Source of the DNA: Balanoglossus misakiensis
Lineage: Eukaryota > Animalia > Hemichordata
NCBI GenBank assembly: GCA_040954595.2
Contig: CM082590.2
Coordinates: 1,550,001-1,614,000, forward strand
Direction of reading: 5' to 3'
Length of the DNA stretch: 64,000 bases
A program made the translations under genes and the position numbers. The notes beneath the pieces are model-generated. The model was not told the origin of the DNA. It was given only the letters and a program-made list of their open reading frames with translations, and made no database searches. Positions 49,569 to 61,414 of the stretch are shown here, in pieces (positions within the stretch are counted from its first letter, which is position 1; every line of letters starts with the position of its first letter).

Positions 49569-51341
49569 CGGATCCAAACAGGACATTGGCTTGAGTTGAG
49601 AACGCCTCTTTGAATTTGGAAAAACTTCCAAAATGTCTCTGGATGAGTGAAAGCAGGCTACCTTCCGGGGTCCTGGTCTCATTTTGATGATTAGGAGACA
49701 TTACAGACCAATAGAAATTATGCTTGACATAGCTGTGAAGAAAAGAATAGAAAGTTGACTGGCACATGCAAAGTCCATAAGTACAACAAAACTGATTCAA
49801 CAGGCAATGCTCGCCTGACTTTTTCTGACCACAAAACTTTGCTTTAAATTTTGCGCAATTCGGTCAAATAAAAGAGTGCCATTTTTACGAGAGTGAAATG
49901 GCCAATGTGTCATGAACCGCGACACATATGTCATATAGTCAGAATGGATTTCATAATGTACAACAATTTCAACATGGTTAAATCAACTTGTGATTGGCCA
50001 ACTGGTGATTTGCTTAAACATGTACACACCTGGCCAATAATGACAGTCTCATTAATTGGAGTCTTACAATGACACATGTATGCTCATAACATAGCCATGA
50101 AAATGCAGTGAACTTTTGTGTATGATATTAGACAGGTTTGGCTACATGTTTTACATGAACCTAGTCATGGACCCAAAGTCACAAACGAAAGATGTTGAGT
50201 TGTTCATGAATAGGTTGGTGTTTGTAACAGTGGTCCTCCACTACAGTGGTACTTTTTATTTCATACAAAATGTTATTTTGTTGTTTAAAAATGAGGATAA
50301 ATATATGCTTACAAATTACGTGAAATCATGCTGCTTCCTTCACTTAGAACCTGTAATGCCAATCATGACAAACATTTCATGACGGTGATATCATCCCATA
50401 AATTCATGTTTTGTTCAGGTAAGATGTATAGCCAAACATGACTTCGAGTATCAATTATGTAGCTAATTTTTACTTACCCACCAGCAAAGTTTCTCAGATA
50501 ACTCCTGTATATTTCTGATACTGTATTCAACTTTTGCGAAAAACAAAGATTGGTTCTGAAGTCGAGGCTTCCTGCCCCTGTCACTGTGTTTGAAATGAAA
50601 ATATGTCTGTTATCTTGGTGGAAAAATTCTTATAATGCAACTTGCTATGAAAAGCTATTGGTACACACATCAGAATAACATTGTGAGAACAGAGATCCAT
50701 TGGCAACAATTAAAGAAATATACAGTCATCTATAGCCATGGTTACCATGTAATGCGCAAATTTTGCCTTCCACTATGGTTATAACCATATAATGGCCTAT
50801 TTAAATAAGAGGTGATTCTAAGGCATTGACATTGCATGGCTACATGGTTCGCCTGAAATCCACAAGTGAAAATGAGAGACATCAAAACTAAAACCATGGA
50901 TGATGGAGGTTCCACAAACATGACAGAACTTAAACTGAAAGTTTATCATACCTATATATTTAGATGAAGGTTAATCGTGGTTAGGCAAACGGGTAGGTTT
51001 ATGATGCAGAAAATGAACATCGTTTTAAAAGGAATTTTGACCTGCCTTACAATCTGGTCAAAGTTGAATAACTTGGATTGGTACGATATATTCTATAGTC
51101 TAACCTTGGTCCGCCAGTTTTGCAAAGCTGCATTCATCTTTTGCGCGTAGCCAGCATGGTGTCCCAAGTGATGGTCAATGTGCGGCTCAAGATCGGAGTA
51201 GCCATACGGCAGTGTCGGTAGCTGGTATGTTTCTGCGTAATTTGCGATCACCTCGTATGGTAGTGGCTCATCGGCGTTGCCCTGTGAAGGAAAAACAACG
51301 AACGCAGTAACCACTGCAACGAGAACCCGGAAGACATTCAT
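49569..51341 (-). pseudogene. Fe/Mn superoxide dismutase with predicted signal peptide; 5' exons only (51341-51105, ~50577-50478, 49732-49569)
   Basis: Motifs [58 protein letters not shown]...LFGSG. About 6 codons are missing between HID and HHLGHH, and exon 2 has a probable frameshift. No DVWEHAYY exon was found. Confidence 0.82.
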
Positions 51342-52154
51342 GTTGATCACTGAATGAAGATCAGGTGTCTACCATGTACCACGATCAGGTGACTGCAACA
51401 TGACCCTTATGGGGTCAAAACCAGCCAATGAGAGATTACACAAAAGGTCGAAGTTGACCTGTCAGCGCCATAGCTACCCTCCGTTGGCGTGCCTGGCAAC
51501 AGTGTGAACGCAAAGTCTGCTCCAGAATCGGTATTTACGCCGGATTACGGGAAATTATAAGCCGTACATTTCAAGTATGTATATCATGACCAGTTGTTGA
51601 TATTCATTGATGCGGTTGATCCCCAGGGTGTGACCTCGATACACCGATATTGAGTCCGTCGATCAGTGATTGTAGACACATTGCATTAGCTTACATTATC
51701 ATAATCATGATTAGTTATTGCTGCAGTTTTGCAGCCCGCGACTACCCTTTACGGCCGTCAAAAACACAAATCGTCAAGAGTAGTCGCGAGCCTATAGTTT
51801 CAAGCTTATTTTGTAGGCCTACATTCAATATAATTGATTCATGCTGTGAATTGCGAGGTAAACAAAGTCCCTGTCATGAGGCTGTACTGGCTTCAACTTT
51901 GTGCAGACATACAATTAGGCCCACAGACAGTAGATCTAATATTACACTCACCATTGAATATCTGGTTTCTCAAAACAGGTTGATTCTTATCATTTGATTA
52001 CTAATTTCAAGGGCAGCAAGGAGAAAGGAGACGAAAAGTACACTCTTGGTCTTCCCTCCACCCTGAGACTAACGACAAGACACTGACATTGAGAGATCAA
52101 CAGACTGCATGTCCATCATCATACACTGAATGTAACAAACACTGTAACATCAAA

Positions 52155-53133
52155 ATGGACGAAGAGTCAGAACTGTACAAAAAACTCCTGCAGGGTGATA
52201 TAGAACGCCTGCCATCGCAAGAGTCGAACATAGTTCGTATATTTATAAGTTCAACATTCACAGGTGAGTGCGTAGGCCAGCTAATTGAACAGTAAAAATC
52301 TGTGAAAAAAATGAAGTGTATAGAATTTGCACATCTGTCGCATCTAGATTGCCCATAAGCAAAGCCCTAACAAAGTAGAGTAAACTTAAAATAACCTAAA
52401 CGATCATGAGCAATATTATCGTTACTGCTATTTATATTCATTTTAAACCTCTGAAATTCAAAATACACACATTTCTTGAATTATAAGAATTTAGAAATGA
52501 TGAAGTGAGATCTGTATGTTATCAAATTTTACCGCACAAAAGTGTTAAATTTATAAGCTTGGGCAAAACATGCAAATCCATATATGTTTTTTTATTATCA
52601 ATTGCCAATTATAAATCTAGCAGCAGCATGATATCTGTACTTGACTGAGCTGTACACAATTATTATTGTTGTATCTCAATTTAGACATGGAGGAAGAGAG
52701 AAACAAGTTGATGAGGGACGCTTTTCCCATATTACGATCATACTGCCAGAACAAAGGCTTGGAATTCGAAGTTGTCGATATGAGGTGGGGGATTCGCGAC
52801 GAGGCCAGTTCGGATCACATGACGTCGGAATTGTGCATCCGGGAGATTGCCAATTGCCAGCGGCTGTCTAGAGGCCCGAACTTTGTGGTACGCCTGTTTT
52901 ACTGAGACCTTTCAGAGGGGCATGCACCAACACAAGGATTGGTGGTTATATTAAAATTTCAAATTTGAGACAATTTTAATTCTCTCTCTCATTCAAAAGT
53001 TTGCATGGTGACCCCAATTTTTATTCTCAATTTTCTTGAGCAAAATTTTTTTTGAGGTGCATACTAAATTTAATTTGGTGTTTTTTCTCTGTCTGTCTCT
53101 GTCTGTCTGTCTCTGTCTGTCTGTCTCTCTGTC

Positions 53134-53165
<32 letters not shown>

Positions 53166-56100
53166 AGGTTTTCTTAGGTAACAAATATGGGTATCGTCCT
53201 CTGCCTCCACATATCAAAGCAGAAGATTTTGAAAAACTGCGAGAACTGTCCAAATCGACCACATCTCCTGAAGACGTCCAACTACTGGACAGATGGTATC
53301 TAAAAGATGCTAATGCAGTACCTGAAGACTATGTTCTTCAGCCTATCACAACATACCTGCCGTATTTCAACAACGAGGATGACAATTTTGCCAACCAGCG
53401 GGCACAAGATCGACAGAAATGGTGGGAAGTATCGCAAACACTACAGGCTTTGCTGAAGTCAGCGGCTGACTGTGCCATCAAAACTGGAGTTTATGATGAG
53501 GAAAAAGTAGAGAATCTATTCATATCAGGTACTAACAGTGAAAAGTGTGGTTAGTGTAGACTTAGACAAACATAATGCCAACGACTTCATGAGTTAAATG
53601 TTGCACAGTTGTGGCACAATAACAGTCAAGCAACTTTCAAACACTCTAGAATAAAATATCACATGTGCAGAGAAAAAGATTATGTGAATTTAAAAGTGTA
53701 CATACATGTAACCTTCATTTTATTTATCATACACCACAGTAACCGAAGAAGAAGTCAAAGAAGCAATCATCATCAATCCAGATGCAGCTGACCAATGTTT
53801 GTGTTTTGTACGAGAAATTGAAGAGGCTGAGAATATCATAGAAGATGAACAGGCCAAGCATTATGTGGACTTGAAGGACGAGAGGTGCTTTACCTTTTTT
53901 CTCTTGTGGCATTTATTATTTCACTCACATTTTGGGACTGATTAGACATTTCTTGAGTTGAACAATAAGACATAACATAAGAAGCTTGGTTATCATAACT
54001 GCTGAATGCATGATTTTTTTTCTCTTGTCTCAGCACAGGCTTTATTCAAAGTCATCCTTGTGTAAATTTAAAATTTTTCCATCCCAACACATGAAAATCA
54101 CTTTGGGATAACTCACCACATGATCAAACATTTCTGTGTCTTGTAGAATACAAGTAGTCTTACTGTGTCCTTATTTGCTTAATATTAAAATGTCAAATGT
54201 TGTAATTTCTAAATGAAGTAGACTATAAAGCACATTGGGTGACACGCATGGCTGAATGTTTTAAGTTTCAAATTTATGAAAAAATAGACCTGGCAGAGTT
54301 GAAATATTGTGTGTTTTCATTGTGTCGATGAAACTAAAAGAAAACAAGTACGCCTTTTGTCCTTTCAGAGCAATCGACCAGGAAGCGCAAGCCCTACTGA
54401 TTAAACTGAAGCGGGAAAAACTGATTGCCAAAATGAACAAAGGCATGTTGAGAAAATGGTCGGTGCCCTGGACACCAAATGGGGTCGACCAGTCCAATCC
54501 GCAACACAAAGAATACCTGGAGGCTTTATGTGATGATTTTATCAGGAGTATTAAACAGCTGATCGTTAAAGGATCATATAAAAAGAGTGGTTGGGTGCCA
54601 GATGCGGATTTGTATAAAGAAGTTGTCCACCATGCCAAGTTTTGTGAAACAAAGTGCAGGTAGGGAATGTTGTAAAAGTTTGCACTGTAAGTAAGGCCTA
54701 TAGCTTTCCAGCCACTATTAGTACCTAACAGTTTGTTAACTAAGACTACAGTATGGTAATTAGCGATTTCTGATGTAATCACAATTTTGATAATCAAACC
54801 TTAAAACTATCAGATTTACTTGTATTCTCTCCTCCTGCAAAGAATTTCATTCAGTACCTCTAAGTTTATTTGTACAAAATGCGGTTATGTATGGTCTGGT
54901 TTCCATTGCAGGGCTTTCAGAGGAAGAGAGTCCATGTTAAAGTCCATCGAAGAGTATGTTAAAGACAGAGACCACATGAGCCCACTTTGTGTACACGGAT
55001 TATCAGGGTCTGGAAAAACCTCAGTAATGGCAATGGTCGCCAAGAATTCCAGGGAGTGGCTTGGAGCAGCAGGAATATGTGTGTTCCGGTTCCTCGGAAC
55101 GTCACCACACAGCAGCGGCATTCATCAGACCCTTCAAAGTATTTGCAAACAGGTAAGTAAACTATGCACCAATATTCACCTGGTAGTGAAATGGAAGACT
55201 CGGTTGGAATGTCACTTTTATTTTATCTCCGCATTATAGATATTTTTAGAAAATAAATCTCTTTTTATTTCATCCATATGTTTATCTCTCATAGTAAGGA
55301 TGGCATTGGCGACCCACAGAAATTTGGTGAATGGGTAATATTGAACTTGCTACTTGCTGAAACTGAACAAACATATTTCTGTGCATTTTATGTATAATTT
55401 ATTGTAAGGCATGCGATCTAAAATGCAAATATCTTTCTGCCTTCACTCATGCAGATATGTGAGGTTTACAATCACCCAGTACCAGATGCAGAGATTTTAG
55501 AAGACTATACATCAACAATGCAACATTTTAAGAAGTTACTAGACACAGTGCCATCAAAAGAATCCACCTTGGTGCTGGTACTTGACAGTATCAACCAACT
55601 TTCCTCGTCCCATGATGCCCATGCACTAAACTGGCTGCCCAAGACACTCCCGAAGCATGTTTGAATTGTGGTCTCCATGCTGCCTGATGTTCATGGATGC
55701 CTTGAGGTGTTGCGGAGAAACCTGGTCGATCAGAGATGCTATCTGGAGATGCAACCTGTGACGGGCAACATGGGGAGGGAGATTCTCGACGCGTGGCTGG
55801 ACAGCAAACAGAGGAAAATAACAGAGGCGCAAAGAGTGGCGATTCTGACCGCGCTCGAGGGGTGCCCGCAGCCGCTATTCTTGAAAATCGCGTTTGACAA
55901 CATGATTCACTGGAAGTCATACACGCCTGCCGATGATACAAAGATCGCTCGCAGCATCCGTGAGGCAATAGAAGTTTTATTTGACGGCCTGGAGAAGTAG
56001 TACGGCAAAGTCTTTGTGTCCCACGCCTTGGCGTACATAACTGCCGCAAAAGACGGAATAACTGAAGCAGAGCTTGAAGACGTGCTATCATTGGACGATG

Positions 56101-59100
56101 AAGTTCTCGGCGATGTGTACCAGTACTGGGACCCTCCGTCTGATGATCTTGTGCGAATTCCACCATTGCTATGGAAACGCACGAGATACGAAGTTGATGA
56201 GTATTTGGTCGAGAGACAAGCAGACGGCAAAACTGTCATGGCATGGTATCACCGGCAGTTCATCGAAACTGCCCAGAAAAGATACCTTGGGGGCAAAGCG
56301 AAGAGTGAAACACACTCCCTGTTGGCCGAATATTTTCGGGGGAAATTCTCTGGTGGGAAGTTCAAATTTCTAAACCTTGTCAAGAGGAAGAAAGTTCTGA
56401 CAAATGCCGATCGACAAGTGGCATCACAGCCCCTGGAGTATGGGGAAAATATTTTCAACCTGAGAAAGTTGTCAGAATTACCCTATAATTTGCTTCATTC
56501 TGGAGAGATCGAGGAACTGAAAGAAGAGGTTCTTTGCAGGTTTGATTGGATTCTGACCAAGCTGCGCGGCACTTCATTTTTGGAGGTGATCCAAGACTAC
56601 AGCAGTGTCTTAGAAGTTCACAAGGATGAAACAGTCCAGTTGGTGCACGACGGATTAATGTTAGCCAGCAGCAACCTCAAGGCAGACCCGTACTGGCTCG
56701 CCGGTCAAATTATTGGTCGACTGCACGGAATCTCTGGCCAGAACCACCGACTACTGGAGAGCTTGGTTGAGCAAGCGTTTGTTTGGTGCGAAGACAATGA
56801 GCGCCCTCTGCTGGTACCGAGAGCTGGGTGCCTTATTACTCCTGGGGGTCCACTGAAAACCACTCTTGCTGGCCATCCAAAGAAAGTAGACACAGTGGCA
56901 TTGACAAACAACATGCAACACGCTGTTTCGTGCTGTGAAGTTTCAAAGACGGAGTGCATGTTGAATGTGTGGGACTTGGAGAAATATGAACTGGTTCATA
57001 CTCTCAAAGCGCAGCCAGGGGGGAAGCCACATGTATTAATGTTTGGTGACCAAAAGAGGGTGATGTTCGGAGTTGGACCATTCCAAGTTTACGCGCTAGA
57101 AAGCGGAGAACATCTCCGGACAGTTGGTTCCAGTGAGGACCGAGTTGTTGCTGCGGCCTTGTCTCATAGTGATGAGTATCTCCAGACAAAATCCAGCTGA
57201 TGATATGGGAGATACAGGGCAACACATGTAAAGTCTCTGTTGACACCAATCACCAAGGCAACGTGACACACCTCAGTGTTTCTGATGACGACAAGGTGGC
57301 TGTGACGGGTGGAAAAGACAAAATCTTAAAAGCATGGGACACCTCGACCGGAGAAGCCTGTGGCCAATTCGAGGGACACACTGGACCAATCACATGTCTT
57401 GCCGTCTCCCCCGACAACCGCAAAATTATGTCCGGAAGTGAAGACTCGAGCATAAAGATCTGGAAGTTGGATGCTTCTGATGATAGTCTTGTCGCAACAA
57501 TACAAGCCCATTTGAAGGCTGTCTCTTTGCTGAAGCTAATCCGGAACGGGACGTCAATATTGTCAGGCTCCAAAGATCAGACATTGAAGTTATGGGACGT
57601 GCAAACACAGGCCTGCCTCCATGTGTTCAAAGGCCATCAAGATGGCATCTGGTGTGTGGCCATCACCGCAGACGAAAAGCTCATGGTGTCCGGTTCAAAG
57701 GATGATCTCCTCAATCTCTGGGACCTGGACAGTGGCAAATGCATTAATACCTATGAAGGGCACTCCTCCTGGATATCCAGTGTCTGTGTCACACACGATG
57801 GAAAGTCTGTTATATCTAGATCCAATGACAAAACGGTGAAGATTTGGAAGACAAAATCTGATGGGAATGTAAGTTCAATTTGTTGACACATCCAAATACA
57901 TGGATGTCATTTGAGAAATGTCTAACCTTATTTTCTGACCATTCTATAAATTCTTTTTTTCAGTTGCACCCACAAGAAGAGTTTAACTCCAATCCTGTAT
58001 AAAACTATCTGTCTCAAAAAATTGTTAATTGAAACAACCATCTTGAAATTATTTCTAAAATTTCAGTAAGTTAATAGATCTACACGCTTTGATTAACAGC
58101 ATGACTTAATTTCCAAATGCCGTTTTCTGCTTTCCATTCAGGTAATAGAAAGAGAACGCCATGAGACTCAACCGACAGCAGTTGCTATGACAACTGATGG
58201 GTCATTAGCAGTGACTGCAGCACCTAAGGACGCAACCAGAATTTGGTCACACGGGACCGGTAAATGCCTTCACAAACTGCCCACCGAGAGCTCATGCATT
58301 GCACTAACAGCAGATGACACTCTATTGGCCACTGGTTCTGTTGATAAAGTTGTCCGAGTTTGGAACCCTAAAACTGGAGAGAGTGTCTACAACTTTGAGG
58401 GTCATGAACAAGGCATTGTGTGCCTGACGACCACACAGGATTACAGGTACCTCCTGTCGGCTTGCAAAGGCAATGCTATCAGGAAGTGGGACCTTGTCAC
58501 AAGAGAGGCCTTCCCTGAATGGGAGGGTCATGACAAACCGATCAAATGTCTCAAAGTGACCCAGGACGTCTCCAAGGTCGCTTCCGGCTCAAGCGATGGC
58601 AGTCTCAGACTCTGGGACATGTACACCGGTGAGTGTCTCAGGGTTCTTACCGAACACGCCGGTTCAGTTGACTGCATTGCAGTGACGTCAAAAGGCAACT
58701 GGCTGGCCTCCGGATCGATGGACAAGACGGCCAAGATATGGAACATGAACACTGGGAAGCGCACTGATGAACTAACCGATTTTCACGATTCCGTGAAGTG
58801 CATCAGCTTCACGTCCGACTCCAAGTATCTAGTGGCAGGGTCCCATGAATCCGAAAGACAACTCAAAATGTGGCAAGTGGATAATAAAGGCCGCTGGTGG
58901 GTATTAAACAATCAACAGGAAAATACATGCTATCTTTGCTATGAAATGTCAGTAACCATCAGGCCTCACGGACATCAAGTGTTACATGAAATATATAATC
59001 TCAAAATATTAAATTTATTATCCTTGTATCTGAACCAAGTAAGAAGAATGCCAGAGCTAACTGCACTGACATTAATCAGAGATTTATTGAAAAGAAACGA

Positions 59101-59491
59101 ATTTAAAGAGCAATTTGACTTCTGTGCCAAAAGAGGACATGCAGGCAGCTTTGTTAAATAATTATAATTAACACTTACCAGTTTATTTTTCTTCTTTTGT
59201 TTCAGTAAACTTGCCAGAGAATTCACAGGTCACCACCATGCCGTCATGACCATCCACATCACAGAAGACGATAGATTCCTTCTGTCCGGATCCCGTGACT
59301 GCACGCTGAAAGTCTGGGATTTGTCCTGTGCCGAGCTGTTGGCGTCATTCGATTTCCAGTCACAGGTGCAAACGCTTGGTGTCTCCAAGGAGATTGTTCC
59401 CAATAGCGGCCGATACAAAGTCGTGGCTGCGAATAAATCAGGAATGGTTGGTTTGTTTGATCTGCAGCTGATGTCAGTTTTGCACGGGTAA
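52155..59491 (+). pseudogene. NWD1/NWD2-like gene (DUF4062-type N-terminus, NACHT NTPase, WD40 repeats), ~9 exons, disabled
   Basis: Motifs VRIFISSTFT/DMEEERNKL, VVDMRWGIR, FLGNKYGYRPLP, Walker A GLSGSGKT, Walker B LVLDSINQL, WYHRQF, NLRKLSELPY, and many GH...WD repeats. In-frame TGA at 55662, TAG at 55998, frameshift at ~57183. Confidence 0.9.
53095..53165. repeat. (CT/CTGT)n microsatellite acting as a polypyrimidine tract
   Basis: Runs directly into CAG|GTTTTCTTAGGT, an NWD exon start. Confidence 0.9.
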
Positions 59492-60339
59492 GTTCAAGGT
59501 GCCTAAATAAGCTGTTGTTTTTAGTAATAAGGCTTTCCTGTATACAAAATTATTTTACACTGACTTGCATGCACTGTAATGTAACTATCAAGCAGCAAAA
59601 ATATCTTGATTTGGTGTGTTAAACTTATTTATTTCATGTCTTTGTTTTTAAAAAATGTACTTCACAAATTTCTTTTGTATTCAATATGTGCACAAATCAA
59701 CACATTTTAATTGATATGCGAGTTGTTAGGCATTTTAATCTTTTTAAGGTAGAATGCACATGAAAACAAGACAGTGAACTGAACACCAACGTTTCTTCTT
59801 TTTTTCAAATAGCAAAGTACTGGAAGGTTTGGATGACTAATATTTTTCTGTAAAAGCTGTCCCAGAAGTGCCTATACTTTCTTAATATTTTATTTCTTCT
59901 CACAGTGTAAACACACCAGGAGCTCCTGTTCTACGACAAAGAATGGGGCGATCAGCCATGTGTGACATATTGTAGTCGATTCACAGACCCCTGTGTGAAT
60001 AAAACTGGAAAGTGGCATAAGGAAGGATACTGAACAATATACAGTCATGTACTTTGTGAAGCATTTGCATGGTCTCAGTTTCAATTTATGCCCCAAAAGC
60101 ATATGTAAATTTTGACTTATATACATGTATTAGTATATAGAATAATTATTAAACCAAATTGAGAAATAAATTCTTGAAATCATTTGTAAACACACATATA
60201 TACATGTACACATTGCTTGTAAGACATCCATAGACAGTAGAAAAGATTGCAACATAACATATGAGTATAAACATACCGGGTAATGGTTTCCTTGACATTT
60301 TCTTTGCTAAAGGTACATTTAAAGATCTATTTACCAAGG

Positions 60340-60396
60340 ATGCCTCTCTGAGGATGAGGCTGAATATGAGGATGAGGCTGAGAATGAGGATGAGGC
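60340..60396. repeat. 18-bp tandem repeat (x3)
   Basis: TGAGGATGAGGCTGA(ATA/GAA) units. Confidence 0.85.
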
Positions 60397-61414
60397 CAAC
60401 TTCACGCTCATGCTCCAATACCTATATTCTTATTATTCCAGATTAATATATTACCGTAATCACTCTATCAGTTCAGCCACTCCATTAATTCAACCACCCA
60501 CTATTCTTTGGAAAATTAATTATTTTGTAACCTTCAATTGTTTGACCACTGATTAAATGCATGTGTTGATATTGTGTATTTTATATGAAAATATCTGCAA
60601 CTTTGACCTTCCAGGGTATTCAGAACTCACTGATTTTATTCTGGCTGACTTTAAACAGTTCAATTCTATCATAAATATCACCTAAACTACATGCTGATAG
60701 TGCATACAGTTCATGCCATGCAAACATGCCCCCCTGAAAAATTATTCAAGCACTTTGAGTGGCCATTTTGTTGTTGTTATTTTTATTCTATTAGTTTGTC
60801 TTTTCACAATACTCGAGTTTCGAGATTCTCGCAAGGTTTACGAAAACAAGGCTGAAGGTGACCAGCTAGCTAGTGCGATAATGGCTGCTGTTGTTGGCAC
60901 TGGTACGGTAGCTCACAGTCACGTACGGAAAAAGTCACTAAGGTAAGATATATTGTTTTCAAAGAGAGTTAACTTACTGATGAGTCATTTTAGAAGGTTT
61001 TGTGAAGGTTCACGATATTTCAGTGTCGGGAAACAAGGCATTACTGCAAGTTGACTGTAATTTGACTGTGGAAACTGCAGACAACAAGTACAAAACTGAC
61101 AAGCCGTACGCCGTAGCGTGCAGAAAAGCAAGCAAACAGCATTTTTGGAAGAATAGTGAAACTTTCTGATTATTTAGCTTAGCTGCGGCAGGGTCTTGGC
61201 TGTGGTTGATATTGTTGATGGAAGCATATTCCTCCGTAATCTATTGCCGCATACGTTCAGCTTCAATGGTTGTAGCCGAACATTGAATCAAAGTTGTATG
61301 TGCGCTTGGTTGCGGCCTGCAGGCACACAACGTCATTGAATGCGGAAGTGACCTCTACAATCATCGCGTACGTTGCAACGTTGATAAATGACTAGTATAC
61401 GTACGATACATGAT

